Source of the DNA: an uncultured beta proteobacterium
Lineage (GTDB): Bacteria; Pseudomonadota; Gammaproteobacteria; Burkholderiales; Burkholderiaceae_F
Reading direction: 5' to 3'
Assembly: GCA_963780715.1 (NCBI GenBank)
Contig: CAWADK010000002.1
Span: forward strand, 21,150 to 85,149
Length of the DNA: 64,000 nucleotides
Shown: in pieces, positions 58,174 through 64,000 of the stretch
How positions within the stretch are numbered: position 1 is the first letter of the stretch
Layout: every line of letters starts with the position of its first letter
The notes under the pieces: generated by a model
Databases searched by the model: none
What the model was told of the DNA's origin: nothing
The model's input: only the letters and a program-made list of their open reading frames with translations
Position numbers and translations under genes: made by a program

Positions 58174-60008
58174 AGCGAAATTTGCGAGAAGTACCTCAAG
58201 GTCGGCACGACGCCTATCTCGATTGGGCGCTGGCAACGGAGTTTCGATTCTTCCAGGCCGATGGTCAGATTGGAATCCTGATCGAGTGGCGCTCCCTGGA
58301 GGCCGCACGGAGAGGGCTCGAGATTGCAAGAAGGTTCGAACTCGAAGTGCCGTCCGTTTATGGAGGTGGCGACAAAGCCAAACCGCGCCGAGTCTGGGCG
58401 ATTTCTGTCCCCGTCGACCTCATCGTCGAATTCGTCTCGACAGCAGGCGACCTGATCGAGCAGCTTGAACTGGCGCTACCAGTCTCTGGTGACGGCACCC
58501 TTCCGAGTGAGGCACGACGACACGTCCAGTCCGACAGGGAAGTCCTAGTCGGTGTGCTCGACGACGGTTGTGCATTCGCAAACACTTTGTTTCAGTTTTC
58601 CGCCAACGACACCCGCGTGCTGTGGCTTTGGAACCAGGACAAGCACGCTGCCGGTTTTCCGCTCGACCCTTCGTCGGGCCCGACTTCGCTCTGCAACTTC
58701 GGCTACGGCGGCCAGTGGTCTGTCGCCGACCTCAATGACATACTTGTCGAAGAGGTCGACGGACAGGCGCCAGCCTACGCGCGGGCCGGGCTGCAGGGCC
58801 TGCGACGAAGCGCCGCACACGGGCCGCACGTCATGGATCTTCTGTGCGGCAAGCGGGAACCCGGAGACTTGATCAATGATGCAGACGTCGTGTTCATTCA
58901 GTTCCCCCAGAAGGCTATTGCTGACCCTTCTGGCCGATGGCTGGCACGGTACGCCCTGGATGGACTGCACTACATAATTGAGTGCGCCGGACCCGGCACT
59001 GGCTGCATTGCCGTCAATTTGAGCTGGGGTCCTCAGACCGGACCCCACGACGGCAGCTCCGTCCTGGAGCGTGCCATCGATGAACTGGTGAATGAACAAT
59101 TCGACGAAGGCCGCTGCCTCATCGTTGCACTGCCGGCGGGCAATTCGTACGGATCGCGAGCGCATGCACAGGTTCGCTACGCGGAGGGTGGCAAACTGAA
59201 TTGGGTCGTACCGCCGGATGGCCATACCCCGGCGTTCTTCGAGGTATGGTGGCCAAGTGGCGTCTCGCCATCCCAAGCATTTCTCCGACTTACTCCGCCG
59301 AGCGGGACGAGCGTGCAAATCGATCCGAACAAACCCTGGACCGAATTGAAGTGGTACGCAAAGTTGAAGACGGTCGGCTCTTCGACCATGGCACTGGTTG
59401 TGGTGCACCCGACTGAGTACAAGGACCCCCAGCGGCGCGGACAACATGGCGTGTGGACTATCGAGTTTGCCCCGGGAGCACCAAGCACCGCCGGGTTGAT
59501 TCACGTTTACGCGGCACGTGCTGACCACAACATGGGTGCACGGCGTCGCGCCAAGGCGAACTACCTTACCGATGCAATGCTCGAGAAGTCACGATTCGCG
59601 GCTCCCAAAGACCGTCACTCAGATGTGGCCGGTTCCGCGATCCAGCGCGCGGGGACGATGAACGGGATTGCCACCGGCGACTATACGGTCGTTGCCTCCG
59701 GTTATCGACACGCTGATGCCACAGCCGCCGCATACTCTTCGTCAGGCCCAACACGCGGACAACGCACCGGGCCGGACTATGCGTTTGTTACGGAAACCTC
59801 ACCTGCGATAGCCGGCATCCGTGCAACAGGTGTACGGAGTGGCACCAGGGTTCGCTTGAGCGGTACCAGTATGGCCTCTCCGCAATTCGCGCGACAGCTT
59901 GTGACAGGACTTCGCGGCACTGTGCCAGCGCCGAATCCTCCGAACGCGACCGAGCGGTTCGGAAACGGACGTATTAAACCCGACCCTGACCTTATCCATC
60001 ACCGTTAG
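58158..60008 (+). CDS. S8 (subtilisin-like) serine peptidase without signal peptide
   Basis: 616 aa with triad contexts VGVLDDGCAF (Asp135/136), AAHGPHVMD (His221) and SGTSMASPQF (Ser571). The ~125-aa N-terminal alpha/beta region is prodomain-like. GTG at 58170 overlaps the upstream stop (GTGA), so the start is 58158 or 58170. Confidence 0.85.
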   Translation: MGSAVKRNLREVPQGRHDAYLDWALATEFRFFQADGQIGILIEWRSLEAARRGLEIARRFELEVPSVYGGGDKAKPRRVWAISVPVDLIVEFVSTAGDLIEQLELALPVSGDGTLPSEARRHVQSDREVLVGVLDDGCAFANTLFQFSANDTRVLWLWNQDKHAAGFPLDPSSGPTSLCNFGYGGQWSVADLNDILVEEVDGQAPAYARAGLQGLRRSAAHGPHVMDLLCGKREPGDLINDADVVFIQFPQKAIADPSGRWLARYALDGLHYIIECAGPGTGCIAVNLSWGPQTGPHDGSSVLERAIDELVNEQFDEGRCLIVALPAGNSYGSRAHAQVRYAEGGKLNWVVPPDGHTPAFFEVWWPSGVSPSQAFLRLTPPSGTSVQIDPNKPWTELKWYAKLKTVGSSTMALVVVHPTEYKDPQRRGQHGVWTIEFAPGAPSTAGLIHVYAARADHNMGARRRAKANYLTDAMLEKSRFAAPKDRHSDVAGSAIQRAGTMNGIATGDYTVVASGYRHADATAAAYSSSGPTRGQRTGPDYAFVTETSPAIAGIRATGVRSGTRVRLSGTSMASPQFARQLVTGLRGTVPAPNPPNATERFGNGRIKPDPDLIHHR

Positions 60009-60059
60009 CGGAGGACAGAGCACGGCGACCGGGTTCCAGCAATCACAACCGACGCGAAT

Positions 60060-60545
60060 TCAGTCGGCCAGTGCTTTCCTGATGTCGGCTTCCAGATCCT
60101 CCGGCTTCGTCGTCGGCGCGTAGCGCTCGATGACGCTGCCGTCCTTGCCCACCAGGAACTTGGTGAAGTTCCACTTGATCGCCTCGCTGCCCAGCAGGCC
60201 TTTCTTGGTGCTCGTCAGGTACTTGAAGAGCGGATGCGCGGCGTCGCCGTTGACGTCGATCTTCGAGAAGAGCGGAAAGGTGACGCCGAAATTCATCTCG
60301 CAGAACTCGGCGATCTCGCTTTCGGGGCCGGGCTCCTGCGCACCGAACTGGTTGCTCGGGAAGCCGAGCACAACGAGGCCCTTGTCCTTGTACTTCTTGT
60401 ACAGGGCCTCGAGACCCTTGTACTGCGGCGTGAAGCCGCACTTGCTGGCGGTGTTGACGACCAGCAGCACCTTGCCCTTGTAGTCAGCAAGCTTGCGCGG
60501 CTTGCCATCGATGGTGGTGGCGCTGAAGTCGTAGACAGTGGTCAT
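60060..60545 (-). CDS. glutathione peroxidase (Cys-type)
   Basis: Start at MTTVYDFSATTIDGKPRKLADYKGKVLLVVNTASKCGFT (residue 19 of ORF 60060..60599); contains FPSNQFGAQEP and WNFTKFLV. Confidence 0.9.
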   Translation of the reverse strand: MTTVYDFSATTIDGKPRKLADYKGKVLLVVNTASKCGFTPQYKGLEALYKKYKDKGLVVLGFPSNQFGAQEPGPESEIAEFCEMNFGVTFPLFSKIDVNGDAAHPLFKYLTSTKKGLLGSEAIKWNFTKFLVGKDGSVIERYAPTTKPEDLEADIRKALAD

Positions 60546-60646
60546 GGCCGGCTCTCCGAAACGGAATGCAGGCAGTGTAGCGGCGGGCTCTGCGCCCAAT
60601 GAAAACGGGACGCCGCGCGCCCCGTTGCATGAGCTCGCGACCGGAC

Positions 60647-61789
60647 CTAACCGGCCAGCCCGAGGTGCTCGATACCCTTATGGATTCCGGCCACCCCGCC
60701 TGAGAGCTTGCTGTTGAGCTTGATCTGCAGCCGCAGGTCGTTCACGGAGTCCGCATTGCGCAGTGCGTCTTCGTAGGAGATCTGCTCGCGCTCGTGCAGG
60801 TCGAACAGCGACTGGTCGAAGGTCTGCATGCCCTGCTCGCGCGCCCGCTTCATCACTTCCTTGATCTCGTGCACCTCGCCCTTGAACACGAGGTCGGCAA
60901 TCAGCGGGTTGTTGATCATGATCTCGACCGCCGGGATGCGGCCCTTGCGGTCCTTGAACGGGATCAGGCGCTGCGACATCATCGCGCGCAGGTTAAGCGA
61001 GAGATCCATCAGCAGCTGCTGGCGCTTCTCTTCGGGGAAGAAGTTGATGATGCGGTCGAGCGCCTGGTTGGTCGAATTGGCGTGCAGCGTGCACATCACC
61101 AGGTGACCGGTTTCGGCGAACGCGATCGCGTGTTCCATCGTCTCGCGCTCGCGCACCTCGCCGATCAGGATGACGTCAGGCGCCTGGCGCAGCGTGTTCT
61201 TCAGCGCGATCTGCCAGCTTTCGCAGTCCACGCCGACTTCGCGCTGCGTGATGATGCAGTTCTTGTGCGGGTGAACATACTCGATCGGGTCTTCGATCGT
61301 GATGATGTGGCCGTTGGAATTCTCGTTGCGGTAGCCGACCATCGCCGCGAGCGATGTCGACTTGCCGGAGCCCGTTGCACCGACCACGATGATGATGCCG
61401 CGCTTGGCCATCGCCAGGTCGTTGATCAGGTGCGGCAGGTTGAGTTCGTCGGTGGTCGGAATGTGGTCCGCGATCGTCCGGAAGACGATGCCGACCTTGC
61501 CCTGCTGCACGAAGGCGGAGACGCGGAAGCGCCCGATGCCGGTCGGGTTGATCGCGAAGTTGCACTCCTTGGTCTTCTCGAACTCCGCCGCCTGGCGGTC
61601 GTTCATGATTGCGCGCACCAGCTCGCCCGTGTGCTGCGACGTCAGCGGCTGGTTCGACACCGGCAGTACGCGCCCGTCGATCTTGAAGGCGGGCGGAAAG
61701 TCGGCGGTTAGGAAGAGGTCGGAGCCCTTCTTGCTGTGCAGAAGCCGCAGCAAGTCGTGGACAAATCGTGTGGCCTGGTCGCGTTCCAT
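60647..61789 (-). CDS. pilU: type IV pilus retraction ATPase PilU
   Basis: 380 aa with Walker A GATGSGKST, and PilT-family Asp and His boxes. Sits immediately downstream of pilT. Confidence 0.9.
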   Translation of the reverse strand: MERDQATRFVHDLLRLLHSKKGSDLFLTADFPPAFKIDGRVLPVSNQPLTSQHTGELVRAIMNDRQAAEFEKTKECNFAINPTGIGRFRVSAFVQQGKVGIVFRTIADHIPTTDELNLPHLINDLAMAKRGIIIVVGATGSGKSTSLAAMVGYRNENSNGHIITIEDPIEYVHPHKNCIITQREVGVDCESWQIALKNTLRQAPDVILIGEVRERETMEHAIAFAETGHLVMCTLHANSTNQALDRIINFFPEEKRQQLLMDLSLNLRAMMSQRLIPFKDRKGRIPAVEIMINNPLIADLVFKGEVHEIKEVMKRAREQGMQTFDQSLFDLHEREQISYEDALRNADSVNDLRLQIKLNSKLSGGVAGIHKGIEHLGLAG

Positions 61790-61818
61790 GGTTTACCGCC
61801 CTTTACTGCCTTTGTGAT

Positions 61819-61890
61819 GAAAAAAATCGTCTGGCTCCGCCAGCGATTTTTTCCGTTCGACCGCGCAAAAGTAGGTTTGCACTTTTGCGC
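61819..61890 (-). terminator. tandem hairpins between pilT and pilU; the distal one is a rho-independent terminator
   Basis: GCGCAAAAG-N10-CTTTTGCGC (61862-61889) lies directly after the pilT stop. It is followed by a bulged stem ATCGTCTGGC-tcc-GCCAGCGAT flanked by A7/T6 (61819-61851), which gives a U-run on the minus strand. Confidence 0.6.
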
Positions 61891-61891
61891 G

Positions 61892-62935
61892 CTAACCCAC
61901 GAAGGACTCGGGAGTCTTCGCGTACTGACGCGCTTCGGCGATCGACACCACGTTGCGGCGAACCAGTTCGAGCAGCGTCTGGTCGAGCGTCTGCATGCCG
62001 AACTGCTGGCCGGTCTGGATCATCGAGTACATCTGCGCCACCTTGTTCTCGCGGATCAGGTTGCGGATGGCCGGCGTGCCGACCATGATCTCGTGCGCCG
62101 CCACGCGGCCATTGCCGTCCTTGACCTTCAGCAGCGTCTGCGAGATCACCGCGACCACCGACTCCGACAGCATCGCGCGCACCATTTCCTTTTCCGCCGC
62201 GGGGAACACGTCGACCACGCGGTCGATCGTCTTGGCGGCCGATGAGGTGTGCAGCGTGCCGAACACCAGGTGGCCCGTCTCGGCGGCCGTCAGCGCCAGG
62301 CGGATCGTCTCGAGGTCGCGCAGCTCGCCGACCAGCACCACGTCCGGGTCCTCGCGCAACGCCGAGCGCAGGGCATTCGAAAACGACAGCGTGTGCGGCC
62401 CGACCTCGCGCTGGTTGATGACCGACTTGCGGCTCTCGTGCACGAACTCGATCGGGTCCTCGATCGTCAGGATGTGGCCGTACAGGTTGTTGTTGACATG
62501 GTCGACCATCGCCGCCAGCGTCGTCGACTTGCCGGAGCCGGTCGGACCGGTCACCAGCACCAGTCCGCGCGGCTTCAGCGAAAAGTCCGCAAACTGCCGC
62601 GGGCACTGCAGTTCTTCCAGCGACAGCACGCGCGAAGGAATCGTCCGCAGTACCGCGGCCGCACCACGGTCCTGGTTGAAGGCATTGACCCGGAAACGCG
62701 CCAGGCCCGGCAGGTCGAACGAGAAGTCGGTTTCCAGGTTCTCGTCGTACTGCTTGCGCTGTGCGTCGTTCATGATGTCGTAGATCATGCCGTGCACGTC
62801 CTTGTGCTCCAGCGGCGGCAGGTTGATGCGCCGCACGTCGCCGTGCACCCGGATCATTGGCGGCAGACCGGCAGAGAGGTGCAGGTCCGAGGCCTTATTC
62901 TTGACGGAAAATGCGAGCAGTTCTGAGATATCCAT
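61892..62935 (-). CDS. pilT: type IV pilus twitching-motility ATPase PilT
   Basis: 347 aa: MDISELLAFSVKNKASDLHLSAGLPPMIRVHGDVRRI..., with Walker A GPTGSGKST. Confidence 0.95.
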   Translation of the reverse strand: MDISELLAFSVKNKASDLHLSAGLPPMIRVHGDVRRINLPPLEHKDVHGMIYDIMNDAQRKQYDENLETDFSFDLPGLARFRVNAFNQDRGAAAVLRTIPSRVLSLEELQCPRQFADFSLKPRGLVLVTGPTGSGKSTTLAAMVDHVNNNLYGHILTIEDPIEFVHESRKSVINQREVGPHTLSFSNALRSALREDPDVVLVGELRDLETIRLALTAAETGHLVFGTLHTSSAAKTIDRVVDVFPAAEKEMVRAMLSESVVAVISQTLLKVKDGNGRVAAHEIMVGTPAIRNLIRENKVAQMYSMIQTGQQFGMQTLDQTLLELVRRNVVSIAEARQYAKTPESFVG

Positions 62936-63081
62936 GGCGGAACGCGTGTGCTCCTGGGCGTACGTCGGCGAGGGCCCGAAGTGGGCACGGGCTTCAAAGA
63001 GGCTAGCGTAGGCTGGGCCAGCGCTGGCGGAACAACAAAAAAGCCTGTGAAAATAAGTCTCTAGCAGCTTTGAAGTCCATT

Positions 63082-63801
63082 ATGTCCAGTTTGCAAGAGG
63101 CCGTGCAAGCCAATTTGCGGGCGGTTAACGAGCGCATTACCCAAGCTGCGCGAGCCGCCGGACGCCCGCCGCAGGGCATCGCGCTGGTCGCGGTCAGCAA
63201 GACCTTCCCCGCCGAAGCGGTGATCGCCGCGGCCGCCGGCGGGCAGGTCGACTTCGGCGAGAACTACGTGCAGGAGGCCGTCGCCAAGATCGCGCGTGTG
63301 CGGGAGCTGGCACCGCACCTGGCACTGCACTGGCACTTCATCGGGCCGATCCAGAGCAACAAGACGCGCGACATCGCGGAGCATTTCGAGTGGGTGCAGT
63401 CGGTCGATCGCCTGAAAGTCGCGCAGCGGCTGTCACAGCAGCGCCCCGCGGGGCGCGGGCCGTTGAACGTGCTGCTGCAGGTCAACATCAGCGGCGAGGC
63501 GACCAAAAGCGGCGTCGCACCGGACGACATACCGGCACTTGCGTCCGCGGTGGCGGCACTGCCCAACCTCGCGCTGCGGGGGTTGATGGCAATCCCCGAG
63601 CCGGCTGCCGGGGGCGAGCCGCCGGCACAGTCGCTGCGCGAGATGAGGCATCTGTTCGATGCGCTCAGACAGCAGCACCCGCTGTGCGACACGCTTTCGC
63701 TGGGCATGACCGCGGATCTCGAGGCGGCGGTGGCGGCCGGGTCGACGATGGTGCGCGTCGGCACCGCAATTTTTGGCGAACGTGAAAGAACGGCAGCATG
63801 A
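63082..63801 (+). CDS. yggS: YggS-family pyridoxal-phosphate homeostasis protein
   Basis: MSSLQEAVQANLRAVNERI..., PLP lysine context VAVSKTF, FGENYVQE, and ...LSLGMTADLEAAVAAGSTMVRVGTAIFG. Confidence 0.9.
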   Translation: MSSLQEAVQANLRAVNERITQAARAAGRPPQGIALVAVSKTFPAEAVIAAAAGGQVDFGENYVQEAVAKIARVRELAPHLALHWHFIGPIQSNKTRDIAEHFEWVQSVDRLKVAQRLSQQRPAGRGPLNVLLQVNISGEATKSGVAPDDIPALASAVAALPNLALRGLMAIPEPAAGGEPPAQSLREMRHLFDALRQQHPLCDTLSLGMTADLEAAVAAGSTMVRVGTAIFGERERTAA

Positions 63802-63838
63802 GCGCCGCACGGCCGCTCCGAAGGGAAGCGGGGGCAAC

Positions 63839-64000
63839 ATGAACGTCGCGTTCATCGGTGGCGGCAACATGGCCCGGGCGATGCTCGGCGGGATGGGTGC
63901 GAGTGGCCTGCAGACTGAGTCAGTGCGGGTGCTGGAACCGGATGCCGACAAGCGCACCGAGCTTGCGCGCGACTTCGGCGTCACCGCGCACGAGACGCCC
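63839..64000 (+). CDS. proC: pyrroline-5-carboxylate reductase, 5' fragment (runs off right edge)
   Basis: Own translation from the ATG at 63839: MNVAFIGGGNMARAMLGGMGASGLQTESVRVLEPDADKRTELARDFGVTAHETP. It has the NADP-binding GxGxMA fold and sits in the yggS-proC synteny. Confidence 0.75.
   Translation, partial: MNVAFIGGGNMARAMLGGMGASGLQTESVRVLEPDADKRTELARDFGVTAHETP

Larger units (their letters stand above)
54961..60073. other. lower-G+C three-gene islet bounded by an 11/12-nt direct repeat
   Basis: AGTCGGCAGTG (54961-54971) versus AGTCGGCCAGTG (60062-60073). Hand counts of single 60-nt lines inside gave ~47% and ~58% G+C, against ~67% in one leuS line. No integrase, transposase or tRNA is present. 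Confidence 0.35.

Noticed and set aside
54961-60073. Annotating the islet as a mobile element.
   Set aside because: There is no integrase, transposase, tRNA or att-like long repeat. An 11/12-nt direct repeat could arise by chance. It is reported only as a compositional islet.

Overview
64-kb, high-G+C chromosomal segment. Gene content and synteny (polA/LOG/DUF2782-like/Pseudomonas-type thrB; leuS-lptE-holA-proA; pilT-pilU next to yggS-proC; DUF3460-scpA) look beta-proteobacterial; this is inference only. About 60 genes are supportable. Most are housekeeping: metG, leuS, polA, uvrD, holA, proA, purU, apbC, modABC, dadA and thrB. Functional blocks are: (i) a form-II CoxSLM-like molybdo-hydroxylase cluster with XdhC; (ii) a periplasmic PQQ-dehydrogenase neighbourhood (di-haem cytochrome c, secreted ankyrin protein, cytochrome b561, cytochrome c peroxidase, Sel1 and YVTN proteins); (iii) a type IV pilin plus pilT/pilU. 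Two regions deserve follow-up. First, 26.1-33.5 kb holds a tightly coupled RHH-hyfBCEFGI-like operon. Its 'hydrogenase' large subunit has lost all four Ni-Fe cysteine ligands. This makes it an Ehr-type, complex-I/group-4-hydrogenase-related membrane complex of unknown substrate. Second, 55.0-60.1 kb is a lower-G+C islet between a THUMP methyltransferase and a glutathione peroxidase gene. It encodes a class III nucleotide cyclase-TPR protein, a soluble PAP2/vanadium-haloperoxidase-like protein with an N-terminal (GGS)8 tail, and a signal-peptide-less S8 subtilase; no function can be assigned. A ~380-bp nested palindrome fills the 44.4-44.8 kb convergent intergenic gap. Caveat: at least 15 frame breaks interrupt conserved genes, including essential metG and leuS. 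The assembly therefore probably carries uncorrected indels, and pseudogene calls are provisional. No rRNA, tRNA, CRISPR array, transposase or integrase was recognised.
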